A DNA stretch of 64,000 nt, taken from assembly GCA_011109175.1 (NCBI GenBank), contig RDEW01000009.1, positions 764,875 through 828,874 on the forward strand, given 5' to 3'. Shown here piece by piece: positions 47,915-60,989 of the stretch; the stretch's first letter is position 1; the number at the start of each line of letters is the position of its first letter. This DNA comes from Dicyema japonicum. Its lineage: Eukaryota > Animalia > Dicyemida. Made by a program: the position numbers and the translations under genes. The notes beneath the pieces were generated by a model. That model did no database searches and had not been told where the DNA came from. It saw only the letters and a program-made list of their open reading frames with translations.

Positions 47915-50900
47915 AAAACATGCAACGTGCTTTCGATTAGGTGGCGTTAAAACTCTCTTGAGTTGGCAAAAGTGTTGAAAGGAAAAAAGGAGAAGGGTCA
48001 CTTGCGTTACCTGATGGTATGAATGTAATTCTTGCCATATCCGAGAGCGTTGTGGCAGTTGACCCAAAAGAATGGGCGAGACAGGTAGTCCTGCAGGTAC
48101 GTAGTAGGCTATCTCGAATGGCCTGGAATGGTTGGCCATACTTGGCGGAGCTCTGCAGTGGCATATTAAGTACTGCTATATCTGTGAGTGAACTCAAGAA
48201 GATGGCTGTAGACAAAGAGGGTACTGGTCTAAAGGGGCTGGGACCAGGTGACCACAACTGTCAAAGAGAGCACGAGCACCAGAGCTGTGATACGTTGCAG
48301 CTCAAGAATGTTTATGAGGTCTTTGCGCGGAAATTCGTTGCAGCGGCAGATGTACCACTTGAGAACCGTAGATTTACCCGCAAGATCTTTCATTGTAAGG
48401 TTAACGGAGTAGTGTTGACCTGTATCAATAAGGCTGTGGATTATGCGGTGGAGGCTAAGCCAGTAGGGTCACTGGGTGACATCTCCCTAGTGCTGTATGC
48501 AGCACAGATCACTTATGAGGAATTGACGGACAAGCCCAGACCACCCAGTAAATGGAGGGAGCAGATCTGTGCCAAGATTGCTTGGAGACAGACTAAGCTG
48601 GAAGCACTGGAGGGGCACATAAGTAGTGTGGCGAGAGGGGTTAGAGGAAAAGCACCGGCTATAGTAAAGGGGCTAATTAGTAAACTCCGTGTTCCCAAAT
48701 GGGACCTCAAAGAGTTGAGGAGGGCAAAGGTGGAGTTAGAGGGGGCAATAATGGTGTATAAGAGGAAACTCTATACACATGAAAGTCGGTGTAAGAGAAG
48801 GAGAGAAAATAATCTGTTTGAGTTTAATCGCAGATTGTTTTACCGTCGCCTACACGAAAATGGCCATAGTGTATGTTCCCAGCAGGACGCGGAAATGCTT
48901 TCCACATGGGGTAGTATGTGGGAGGCTAAACCACGCAGAGGAAATGCGTGGAATGTCCCGTACAGCGCCGCTCCTTTCTTGGCGGAATCTTGCGGAATTT
49001 TCGATTTTCGCAAGAAATTTGAGGCGGTAGTGAGACATCTCCCTGATTGGAAGACGACCGGGGTCGATAAAGTTTATAATTTCTTTATCAAAAGATGCAC
49101 TTCATTACACGAGTCTATGTGTCGTGTATTACAGAAAAGCATCACTAACCCGGAAACGATTCCTGAAGGGACAACTTATTTGATCCCAAAGCTGGACAAC
49201 CCCCAGTCTGCTGCAGATTATCGACCGATAACCTGCATGCCAACCCTGTATAACTGATGACCAAATTGGTGGCTAATGAGGTCAGGAGCTTTGTAGACGC
49301 AAATGGGATTCTCTCCGAGAATCAGTTGGGAACTGTGCGAAATTGTCAGGGGGCAAAAGAGCAGGCTTTGATCAACAATGCCTTTCTGTGTCTCACGGAA
49401 ACTCACTTTTGTCTATGTGGGTGGATGTGAAGAAGGCTTACGATTCAGTTGATCATTCTTACCTTGTCGAGTGCCTACACAGTCTGTGTATGCCTGTGTG
49501 GTTCATCAGCTTTGTAGTGGCTGTGATGAATAGGTGGAGTATTCATCTGAACTATAATAGGCACCGGATAGGCGAGGTAAAACTCAAGAGGGGGATCCTT
49601 CAGGGGGATAGCATGTCTCCGCTACTCTTTGTTCTCTGTTTGGAGCCATTGAGTCGCCGCCTCAATGACCGGTTTGAGCAAATACCAGTTCATTGTGAAG
49701 GGGTCTGTTTCAGTACAAATCACCTTCTTTTTATCGATGACTTGAAGATGTATGCTCGAACAGCCGAGGAGCTCTACTCCATGGGGGTCTGTGCCAGGGA
49801 ATTCTTTGAGAGTATACTAGATTTGAATTATTCAAAGTCTGCGACTAACACGCAAGTATGTAGCGAGTTAGTAAGAGTCCTAGAGGAACACGAAGGATAT
49901 AAGTATCTGGGTGTTACCGAATCTCCAAAGTCCCTTATAATGCCTGAGACAAAGCGACAAATTACTGAAGGCATCCGTAAAAGAGCAGCGTTATTGTGTA
50001 AGACGTCTCTAAATGCAAGGAATTTGTTCCTAGCATTAAATGAGTATGCTGTCTCGCTGCTAAACTACTACATAGGTGTTGTGGAGTTTGAGCCCAAAGA
50101 GTATGATGAGATGGATGTTATGATCCGTGGAGTACTCAGAGAGAACCATGTCCATGTGTTGGCAGCCAATAAGGAGAGACTATATTTACCCCGTGATAAA
50201 TTCGGCCGTGGACTGTGTGGAGTAGTCCAACTAAGTGAGCGTATCCTAATGCGAATGCACGACACCCTGATAGCTGGGTCAAGTGTGTCTGCTAGGAAGC
50301 ACGCCATAATAACGACCGAGAAAACACGGGCAACCCACCTAGGCACTATCAGACCTTTTTTGTCTGCTAAGTATGGTGTTGATGATGGTGGGCTAGTAAA
50401 TGTGAAGGCGTTGATCGAATTACAATATAATAATTTGATGGAAAAGATCAACTTAAAAAGCCTTCATAAGGTCCTCTTCAGAGCATTGGACAACCCACAT
50501 GTCGACCTTAAGTCGTCGACAATATGGCTAAAATACGGTGACAACTCACCTCGATCGGAGGCGTTGTACACGTATATGCAAGACCGCAATATTTTTTGGG
50601 GTCGATCAACAAATACATGTCCCCACTGTAAGTCAAGGAGCATGTCGGTTGATCATTTAGCCACTCGATGTGGATCCATGCTCTGCCACGACTATGTGTG
50701 GAGGCACAACGAGGTAGTAAGGAGTCTTCATCTTCTACTATGCAATAAGTATGGTATTCGCCACACCAGAAAGTTGCGGACTCATAAGGTGCAATCTGTA
50801 GTAGAGAACACCAGGGTCCAAATTAAGGTAGACAGTGTTATCCGTACCTCGGTGCTAGTCAAGCACAATAAACCGGACATTGTGGTACACGATAAGGAGT

Positions 50901-51330
50901 CTGGCCAAGTCCTTATCATAGAGGTTGGCATCACGTCTCAAGACCGTTTGCAGACTGTGGAGGTGGAGAAAAAAAGGAAGTATGACTTGCTTGCAAACGA
51001 GATGGGGCAGATGCTTGGTTGCAAGGTCCTCGTTATTCCAATAGTAATGACGTGGGAAGGAATTGCAACAAAGTACCACAAGGGTTATCTGAAGCAGTTG
51101 AGGGTAGATAGGAAGCTCCAGGCCTATCTACAGTCCACTGTGTTAAAGCGGACCCTAGAGAGCCTGACACTGGAGTATAGGAGGCAGAGCCCGGAGATGC
51201 CATATGGGCAGAGGGTTCAATTGGACAAGGCGCTCTCGGAGTTGTTTCAGCAACGAGAATCGAACCTGCCTGAGGAGGCTGGCGGAACAGGCAAGCGAGT
51301 TAAATATATTTAACTTTTTGGTTAAATAAA
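47915..51330 (+). mobile_element. Near-intact R4-clade (RLE) non-LTR retrotransposon; single ORF of about 1100 aa broken by two apparent 1-nt deletions
   Basis: RT: DYRPITCMPTLY, QGAKEQ, WVDVKKAYDSVDH, RGILQGDSMSPLLF, NHLLFIDDLK, YKYLG. CCHC: CPHC...VDHLATRC. PD-(D/E)xK: KPDIVVHD...IIEVGIT...EKKRKY. Frame breaks at about 49255 and about 49380 fall in short homopolymers. Confidence 0.96.
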
Positions 51331-51399
51331 ATGGGTTTCTTATGTAAAATTAATTATTTAATAAACAAAATTAATCGTTAAAACAAAACAAACAATAGT

Positions 51400-51785
51400 C
51401 ATATCATCTAACTAATGTATCAACTTCTGGTCTCTCCGACCAGGCCAGCACCCACTGGGACTCTCTTGGTAGTATCTCCGCTTCCCTTCCTATTTTCTGG
51501 ATCATCCAACTCTTTATCAGTGTCGCGTCGCCTCTTTCCCAAATTGCATCCAGTAAGGAGGATTCTTCATCATTTCCCAATTATTGTTAATCGCCATCGT
51601 TATTTGTTCAAATCCGTGTTTATATTCTACAAGCATGCTCTCTAAAGTCTTCTTCAGCGCAATCGTTTGGATGTACGCTCGGGTGATGGTCGTAATTCCA
51701 ATGATGTCCATGTATGATTTGAAATACCTGGAGACAATTCCATCCCAGGTAAGAACAATTGGGAGTATCTTTACTTTGGCTTTGT
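51400..51785 (-). mobile_element. 3' remnant of a different R4-like subfamily
   Basis: YKAKVKILPIVLTWDGIVSRYFKSY...AYIQTIALKKTLESMLVEYK. Confidence 0.85.
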
Positions 51786-51854
51786 AAATAAATTAATTAT
51801 TTATAAATAAAAAAATTTTAAATTTTAGGTAATTTAATTACCACTGTCTCACTG

Positions 51855-53484
51855 ATGCCTGGTGATAATTCTATTGATAACATTATAATAGACTCCCAAA
51901 AACTCTTAAGAGGTAATAAATGTTGTTGAATGATAGAATCTAAGATATCCCTTCCTAAAGTACACATTGATAATTTATCTATTACTGATGCTATCAACAA
52001 AATGAATTATAAGGAAGCACCCACAATAAAACCATTCGATAAAATTTTTCTAAAAATTGATCCAAAAACCCAAAATTCTGAATTAAAAGTCATAAATAAA
52101 ACAAATTCAAATAAATTGAAAAACTTTAAAGAAGGCCTTTATAACAAAATAGTGAAAAATAGAGAAGAGGCAGTTATTAAAAGACAAGAATTATACAAAA
52201 TTGACAATGAAAACAAATTAAAAAACTATTATTATGAAGAGGTAGACGAAAAGGCTAGTGAAAAGGATGTCCCTGATGAAGAATTCGAATATTCAGACGA
52301 CGACTCTTTAAAGTGCCGCAGCGAAGATCTTGAGACTAAAGTTGAAGATGATTCTGAAAAGGATGATGAAAGTGAAGATGAAATGGAAGTTTTAGAAAAA
52401 ACTGATAATGATGAATATACGGAGGAGAACGAAGATGAAATGGAAATTTTAGAAAAAACTGATAATGATGAACATACACAGGAAAACGAAGATGAAATGG
52501 AAATTTTAGAAAAAACTGATAATGATGAATATACAGAGGAAAATGAAGATGAAATGGATGATTTAGAATCTGAAAATATTGAGGAGTTAATTGAAGGAAT
52601 GGAAAAAAGTGACGAAGATGATAAAGACCAAATAAAATTCGTTAATGATTACAATTTTGATAGTAAAAATAAAAAAACTAACGATCAAAAATTAAAATTA
52701 ATGGATTTTGTTGATAATGAAGTAGAAGTATCGGGGTTCTGACAGTGGAGATGAAGTTTTTGATGAACTTGATGAATATAACCCGGATTGGATTGACGAT
52801 AAAGAAATAGGGAATGATGAGCATCAAAGATTAGCTAAAATTAATAGGTCTGACTTTAAAGATTATTTTAAGTAAATTGGTTGCGGATGAAGATGAGGAA
52901 GTTCTAATCAGAATTAAGGAGCAATTTTTGCCTGATGGTGATACTGAGGGGGATATTGAAAGACATCAGAGTTTTAGATGGAAGGAATGTGGTTTTAAGT
53001 TATTAAATTTATAGAAGATTTAACGCAATTCGATGGAGACAATGCAGTTTTCGGTGATTCTGAAGAGGAAGAAGATAACTCCACACAATGGAGAATTAAG
53101 AGATTTGCAAGAGAATCCTTTATTAAAGTTTTTTTTATTTTTTACATTAGTCACAAAACTCAAATAAAGATGATGAAATAAATGAAAATTCTGGTTTATT
53201 TTGCTTTAATTATTAGCATTTTTAAATTCAAATTCTCAGTCAGTCTCTGGTCTATCATCAATGGTGAATAATTGCAATTATTTGATTAGAAAAGGATGCG
53301 TGGGTCATTTATTGGAAGGATATCTGACTCGTGGTTAGATGGGATGTGTGAAAACAGTAATTCTGGAACTTTGACCAATCCCACTTTGAATGATGATAAA
53401 AATTGTGATGAAGATGTTAAAAGAGTTCGTAAAATACAAGGTGAGAGTTCAACGGGATTTTTTGGGCGTTTTTCAAAGAAATAA
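51855..53484 (+). CDS. CLSPN: Claspin/Mrc1 homologue (short; N-terminal part not seen)
   Basis: DSQKLLRESKISLP, KNFKEGLYNKIVKNREEAVIKRQELYKIDNE, acidic tract, FVDNEVEVSG(S)DSGDE, RIKEQFLPDGD..RHQSFRWKE, RGSFI. A splice acceptor at about 51828 suggests an upstream exon. Confidence 0.75.
52374..52558 (+). repeat. Coding tandem repeat, 57 bp (19 aa) x3.2, in claspin
   Basis: EDEMEVLEKTDNDEYTEEN / EDEMEILEKTDNDEHTQEN / EDEMEILEKTDNDEYTEEN / EDEMD. Confidence 0.95.
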
Positions 53485-54737
53485 GTTTTTTTTGTAGTTA
53501 TTGATTATGTATTTTTTTGTAATTAAAAACTATAAGAACCTTTTTTAATTCAATATATTTTATTAAATCAAGCGAATTTATTAATTTACTATTGAATCAA
53601 GTCGACATAACTAAGTTCTAAGGATAGTTTCCCTCAGTGATTCTGCGGTGGTCCAGGCACACCAGGTGAATAATTGGCTATCCACAAACATGTTATCTGT
53701 ATTAACAGATGGGTATTCTTCCCTCAACGAAAGAGGATCGATTGGCTTTCTTTTCAGAGAAGTCTACCAGAAATAATGACCGAGGTTTCTTGCATTTCCA
53801 CAAGGAACCCGGAAACCCACTTGGAGAACAAATATATATGCGGAGGTTTTTGAAGAAACACACTCCGATCGAATTCCTCTGTAGAAATTCGAAAAGACAC
53901 TTCCGGAAAATAGTAGGATCGATGAGAATTACTCGAAGCTGAGATCATTAATGAAGCTGAGATCATTTATTTAGTTGACTTTGATACCCTCTTAAGGTTT
54001 TTTAAAAATAATTGACTCGGCTTGGTCTATCACGATAGAAACTAAGATCAACTTGATAAGTCACTGAGTTTAACGGACGTTATGGCTTCTCAGTGTAGCC
54101 AGACATTCCAGCCTCTTTAGAAAAAGTAGTGATTCCCTCATATGCCTTATATTGTCTCGGCAATTGAGTAAAACTTGAATTTGTTCAGTCGACATTCGTG
54201 CGTTTCTTATATTTGAATCCAGTTTAAAGACGCTTTTTAAACATATGCAAGTAACTTAATTTAGTACGACATGGTAAGAAATTGAGTATTATTTTTCTGT
54301 TATCTTAATGGCTCGCTCATCATTTTAAATCTGATAAATGTAAAAAGCAATATTGCTACAACACTAGATGGATTTATGACCTTCAGTATGATACTAATTT
54401 TTATATCAAGACTATAAATCGACTAAGCCAGAATTATCGGGGGCATAAGAACATATTGATGCCATTGCTCACCAATAGCGTTAGCAAAAGGCGTACAAGT
54501 GGAAATACTTTTTTCTCGCAAACTAATTGGTATAATGCACCGGTGTACAGTCTGTTATTGCACCGATGTAAAGTCATTATGTGATGAAATGAGATGGCAT
54601 CTTAACTAACTTGAGAAGTTGGAAGTGGATATAAATATCAATTCCTGCATGGAAGCAACTGTGGTAAAAAACCATGAAAGCGTGTACCTTGACGCACGTC
54701 GGGAGAGTCTTGTTCTGCTAGTGGTAAATAATAAGGA

Positions 54738-56620
54738 TTAGTTAGTTAGTTAGTTAATAGCACTCCCGCGTTACCATAAGCACGTAAAATGCCTAGGGTT
54801 TCGCTCGTGCCGTACACTCGACTATCCTCCCAGTCAGCCCTCTCTTCTAGCTCTGTTCCTCGCGCGCTTACGAATATCCTCAAGATCGACTCCAGTTTTG
54901 AGTTGACCACCAATTCGTGCGTAATCGATATTCAGGCAAAGGGGAAGCGTACATCTTGGCCGACCCGGAATCCAATTCCGTGATTTGAATAGTAACCTTT
55001 TGATCTGATTGCAAGGAATCACTTCGTCCATTCTCAGAACATGTCCGAAAAGTCGCTAGCGTGAAGTAATTACTTCTCTGCTTATCGGTTTTCATTTACA
55101 TAATTTGTAGAGAGTGTCGTTTTTGATAATCTGTGGCCATTTGATTTCCTCAATTTTTTTAATTGATTTCTATGAAATGTGTCTAGTCTGTCAAGGTCCG
55201 TTTTTGATGTTCCCCATGTTCCCGAGTTATATAATAGGACTGGTTATATGAACGCGTTATATAAGCACATCCGAAGATTTAAAGAGATAAGTTGTCTGCG
55301 AGTCCAAATACTCCACATTTTTTTCAGTGCACACGATGCCAACAATGTTCTCAACGTCACCCAAAAACGAACCGAGCCTTTTAGTAAACCTCCATTTCTC
55401 ATCAATCCGTGTCGGTAACCGCTGAATCGAAGTTAACTCCGTTTATTCTGAATTGATCTTCAAAGACCACCTCTCCAAAACTGTTGTGGCTTTATCTACT
55501 ACAGTTCTTAGTACCTCCACATCCTTAGATACAAAATCGATGTCATCAGCATATATTAATTCCATAAAATGATAATTTAAGTGACCCAATTCTTTTCTAA
55601 CGTCCCTCAACGCAGCTTTCAAATATATTGCAAAGAGAACTGACGAAAGCGAGTCCCCTTGCAGAGTACCAATTTCGGTCGTGAATTTTTCCGAATAGCC
55701 CTTCCCCATTTTCAGCATGAGGCTCGTGTCAGCCAGCAAAAAACGCACAATCCTCAAACAGTCCTCATCAATTATGTCCTTGAGAACTTGCAATAGTTTA
55801 TCTCGGCAGACACAGTCGAATGCTTTCGATAAGTCGACTCCCAGAATATACATTGTTTTTCTGTACTTCTGACATATTGCCGTTAGCCACCGATGACTCC
55901 ATACTATATCAGCGGTTGATCTTCCTGGTCTGAATCCGTTTTGACTTGGTGACAAGTGTTGGTCAACTAAATTTGATATTCGATTCAATGTTGTAATCGA
56001 CAATGTTTTTCGCAAAGTGGTCAAAAGATTTTCAATTGGACCTGCAGGTATGCCAGGTTTTTGTAAAGGAATTAGAATAAGGATTTGACTGAAATATTCG
56101 CTAGAGAAGGAAGCGAAGTCACGTTAGAAGAAATATTAATTTAAGGGTCAACATTTTGACAGAAAAATTCTGGAAAGTTTCGGCTCTGACTGATGGCTAT
56201 TTCCTTCATGGACTATGTTCAAGCAGCCATCGGCGTTCTCGAAAATATCCGAGATTAGATTTTCGTCTCGTCCGAGAAAGGCATGGAAAGAACAACCGAA
56301 GGCTCGGACGTTTCAACAGCAAGATGAACGAACGTCACGTTACAGGGGAGGTCAACATATTTCAGCTGCTTTAGTTTTTTGGTTTTCCCTGCGACAGAAC
56401 CGGCAGAACAAGATTGTTTGTTGAGAACTTGTCCATGCAGGTGACGTTCCAGACTACTGGCTTTCCATCTTCAAATGGAAAGTCATTCCATCAGGATGTT
56501 CTCTGTCTCTTCGGCACAAACCGACAAGCTAAGAGTAGACAGGGAACCAGCATTATCCATTGCCCATTTAACAACATCGTTTTACCTGGGCGTCCTTCTA
56601 TCTCACTTCCTGAAATTTTA
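54738..56620 (-). mobile_element. RTE-like retrotransposon copy B (APE remnant, RT, (CTAA)n tail)
   Basis: QNGFRPGRSTADIVW, GVDLSKAFD, GTLQGDSLS, LIYADDIDF, RLGSFLGD; 3' tail TTAGTTAGTTAGTTAG at 54738-54753. Confidence 0.9.
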
Positions 56621-57001
56621 TTAGTTTGATTAAGAAAGAAGTTGAAAGTATAGTCATTTTTTGTTTTTTACCCTTAAAAATTTATCCAAAGTTATTGATT
56701 GGGAAGGAAAGTGACACTATTTATTGAGAAATCCTATAATTTCTTTTTCTTGAAAATAAAGTGTTTTTTTAGAATTGACCTAAGTCAATTTTAACTTAAT
56801 AAAAATATTATCAAATGAGAGTATATCTCAATTGAGATTAGCTGAAATAAATGGATGCACATAGGATCAGTGTTCGAAATAAAAAAACTAGGTGGATAAA
56901 ACTATCAGAATCTGCGTATTATGTTTGTCAATATTTTCCTATACATGCTGCTAATAATAATTATACTATTATTATAGGGAACTATCGTAGAAACATAATT
57001 G

Positions 57002-58435
57002 TTATATTTCCACACGTGCGATTTTTCGGATCAATCGCGTCCATCCTCCCCTGTTACACACCAAACTTCTCATAGCATCTAGATCTTCCCCACTTACGAG
57101 CCTCCGGTTGATTGTTTTGAGATCCTCATCCAGCACTTCCGGTAGCGTAGTACACGGGTACCCCCGATATTTCTTTCCACTTGCAGCGAAATATTCCTCC
57201 ATTGCCAAATTTGCAGGTGATGTGGGGTCCATCCGTAGGACATGTCTTAACAGTCTTGAGTATATTCAGTACAGTGCCTTATTGTTGATCCGTGTCGACC
57301 ATTGTACCCCGCATAGTATTCGTAATTGCCTTCGGTGGAAGGAGTTAAGATTTTTGGTTTCTGAGACCGAGATCCCCCAGCAGGAAGAGTTATATAGCAG
57401 GACCGGCTTCACGAAAGCATTGTAGAGGCGTAAACGAAGCGCGATCGTTACCGGTCTGTTAGCCAACCAATCCGTCTTCATCCTGTTCAGTGCGACCGTC
57501 GATAGTACTTTCCTCCGGGTTATGTCCTCACTGTCCCCGAGGAGGGAGCCGAGCTTTCTGGAACGTCTCCATCCCTCTTCCAATCTTGATCCCATGCGTA
57601 CGATTTCCACAATTTCAGTTTTAGTTGTATTCACCGTAAGAAACCATTTCCCAAGCTCTGCAGGGGCAACGTCAAGTAACCGCCTCAAGGCTGGCTTTAT
57701 CTTCCGATGCGAAATCCACATCATCAGGGTATATAATTTCGGTAATTTGGCCATTATAAAAAACTTCGAAGACCACGCAGTGCTGCCTCCAGGTATACCA
57801 CAAACAGCAAAAGGGGAAAGGGAGTCCTCTGGGGAGTACCCACAGTCGTCGAAAAATTTCTAAACGACGTACTCCCAACTCGTTCCGTCAGTTCTGTGTT
57901 CGACAATAAAACTTCAATCATCTCGACAGGATCCCTATCAAGGAATCCCAGCAAAACATCAATGAGCTTTCCTCGGTGAATTGTGTCGAAAGCTTTCATG
58001 TCGATCCCCAAAATCGTAGTCGCACTCTCAAATCTTTGGTAGGTGGAACAACGCCACCTATGCCCCCAGACAACATCAGCGGTAGATTTGCTTGTCCTGA
58101 ATCACTGTGGCTCGATGACAGGAATTCATTCACAGGCTCTTGCACACGATCCAGCACCACCAGAGCAAGGACCTATCTTAGCGTATTGAGTAGGATGACT
58201 GGGCGCAGGTTTTATTCGGTTTTTGAATCGGCACCAGAATTCCTTTGCCCAACGGAAGAAAATCGTTAGTTGCAAACATTTCGTTTAATACTTTGGCCAC
58301 GATTCCATCAGGGTTTTTGGGCCGTACTTCAGTAACTCAGCACTTATGCCATCCGGTCCTGACGAGCGATTGCACTTTAGTTTCTGTATTGCTTTCATAA
58401 CTTCTCCCATCGTGATTTCATTTACAAGATTTCCT
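57002..58435 (-). mobile_element. RTE-like retrotransposon copy A (RT and C-terminus)
   Basis: SGPDGISAELLKYG, GIDMKAFDTIHR, IYPDDVDF, KLGSLLGD, LRLYNAFVKPVLLYN, GHVLRMDP. Frameshifted. Confidence 0.9.
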
Positions 58436-59050
58436 GCATTACCAGTGATTCAAAGAGTCGTTCAAAATAAGAAGCAATAAGTTCGGTTTGTTCCGTAGCG
58501 TCAAAAGTTATATTCCCTTTGTTATCCTAAATTTTTAGTTTGCCCTTATAGTTCCTCCTCTTAAGCAGACGCATAATAATTATATGCTGTATCGCATTTA
58601 ATTTCATCTCGACTTTTTTGGCTTAATTAATTAATGCAAAAACTAACAGTCAATAACTTTTAAAAGAAGTGTCATGCATAATAGTATCTATTTTCTTCTA
58701 ACTAATATGAATGCATCTTATTGTGATAAACAGTAGATATCGATTTTATGGAAATACTTCATTCTCAAATTATTTTAAAGTCTTTCAGTAGCACAAGTGT
58801 CAGATTTTAATATCTTAACGACTTAAAAATATTTGTGCTAGAAAAGTGAATGCAAAATACTTTGTAGGAAACATTTTTATTTTGTGTAAATATAATTAAT
58901 TTTAATATAATAAAAATTTATTAATAATTTATTAATTTTAAATATTGGTTTTGGTTGTGTCTAGTTACTGTCATTCTGTCATTCTTTTAAACTTTATATA
59001 TTTAGTCTATTTGATTACTTTTATACTAACTGTCATATTTAATTTTTAGA

Positions 59051-60989
59051 ATGGCATCAATTCAATTTGCATCTGCATGTGAAGCTAATCCTGCAATAGG
59101 AATAATTTATCCTCCCCCTGAAATACGACGTAAGTACAAAAGTGGATAAAATTTAGATATTATTGATAGAACAGCAGCATTTGTAGCAAAAAATGGTTGA
59201 TTTTACTTTTATTTTTCTTAGGACTTGACTTTGAGTACAAATTAAAGCAAAGAGAAATAGCAAACCCACGCTTTAATTTCATAAATGGCAATGATCCTTA
59301 TCATGAATATTATAAATATCGCATTAGAGAATTCATGGTTTCCTCCGGTTTTATAATTATGTAATTTACATGAAGGGATGGATACTACTATCAATATGAA
59401 TAAAGGATCTGGTTCTGAGCCAGCACGTATTACTATTGCTGATTTGTTGCCACCATCGAACCCCCCACCTGAACTTGAGTTCATAGCAGATCCTGTTACT
59501 TTTCAAGCAATCGATATGTAAGTTAATTTTTTGTTTCTTATTCAAACTTTTCAATTTAAATTAATTTTTAGTGATATTATTCGATTGACTGCTTTATTTG
59601 TTGCTGTTAATGGGCGTAAATTTTTGATGAATCTTATTAACCGTGAACAAAAAAATTATCAATTTGATTTCCTCCGTCCTCAACATAGCAATTTTTTGTA
59701 TTTTACCAAATTAGTAGAACAGTATACCAAAGTCTTTATTAATAGGTTATTTGTAGATCCTTCTGCCTACGACTTCCATGATAAAGGAACTTGATGACGA
59801 GTTGAGTCCATCCAAAACTCATAATGGATAAAGTAAAACATAGATTGGAATGGTCCAGATATCAAGATAGAGAGAAAAAACGTGAGGAAGACATAGCTGA
59901 AAAGGAAAGATGTTTTTATTTGATATATTTTTAGTATCTTATTCTCAGATCGACTGGCATGACTTTGTAATTGTGGATACTATTGAATTTCGACCTAATG
60001 AAAAGGGTTTTCATTTATTAGATTACAACAGGAAATTTGCCGCCACCCACAACTCCTGATGAGGTCGGGGCACGCATACTTCAACAAGAAAGACTTGATA
60101 AACTTTCTGTATTTATTTGGATATTTTATATATTTATTTACTATTTTTTCATCTATAGACTGTATCAGCTATACCTATTTATAATAATTATGTAAAACCC
60201 AAAGTTTCGGTACTTTTTGTGTTTATTTTCAGAAACCAAAACCACCACATCCGGTTATTCAGGAAGATGAGGATGATGAAGTTTATATGGCAGACTTGAG
60301 TAGAATACCATCAGAGGTTTTACTCTTCATTTTAGACATAGTTTAAAAACCAAGAATTGATCAAAAAATCTTTAGAATCTGATGAGCAACTAGCTAAACC
60401 AGAAATTATGCAAGAACAAGTCGATTTGTCCGGAGAAACTGTTGTAATTCGCAAAAATTATGATCCCAAAGGTATATCTAAATTCCTATTATAACTAGAA
60501 CAAAAGACAGAAAACGTTGATGACTCCTATTTGGTTTCCCCATTTACTCAAGAAAAGATTCCTTCTGGTAATGTTCCCAAACATATGAAATTGGTTTGTG
60601 AAACATTTTATTTGTAGGGTTATTGGGTTCAAGTTGGAAGGAAGAAAGAGATAGGAAATTAGAAGAAAAAAGAGAACAACCAGAAGTGTATGTGAACGGA
60701 GAAATCATCGACACTTCACTTAAAAATATTGCTGAAAGGAGATCGGATATATTTGGAGAAGGTGATGTCGAGACGTCAATAGGAAAAATGGTCTTGAATT
60801 CATTATCATTACTAGATTGATGGGGATTCTGACTTTGTTAAATTTTCGACTCAAAATGAATTCGAGAATACTAACCAATTTCAAGGAAAGCAGCAAAACC
60901 AAACGTTGTATTTTGTAATTTATATTATTAGCTGTGAAAGACAGCAAATTGGACCTGTTCAACCTTCTAAGAAACCTCGTCTTGAGTAG
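59051..60989 (+). CDS. SF3A1: Splicing factor SF3A1/Prp21 (two SURP domains; no UBL domain)
   Basis: GIIYPPPEIRDIIDRTAAFVAKNG, FNFINGNDPYHEYY, DIIRLTALFVAVNGRKFL, YQFDFLRPQHSNF.YFTKLVEQYTK, IDWHDFVIVDTIEF, LPPPTTPDEVGAR, LVSPFTQEKIP, IAERRSDIFG; ends QIGPVQPSKKPRLE*. Confidence 0.95.

Noticed and set aside
47915-47980. HDV-like fold at the 5' end of the full R4 element
   Set aside because: Some helices can be drawn, but P1 and P2 are mutually inconsistent, the P3/L3 spacing is too short, and the 15661 copy does not keep P2.
53700-54520. Coding-like stretch downstream of claspin
   Set aside because: Multiple stops, with no consistent splice pattern or recognisable motif.
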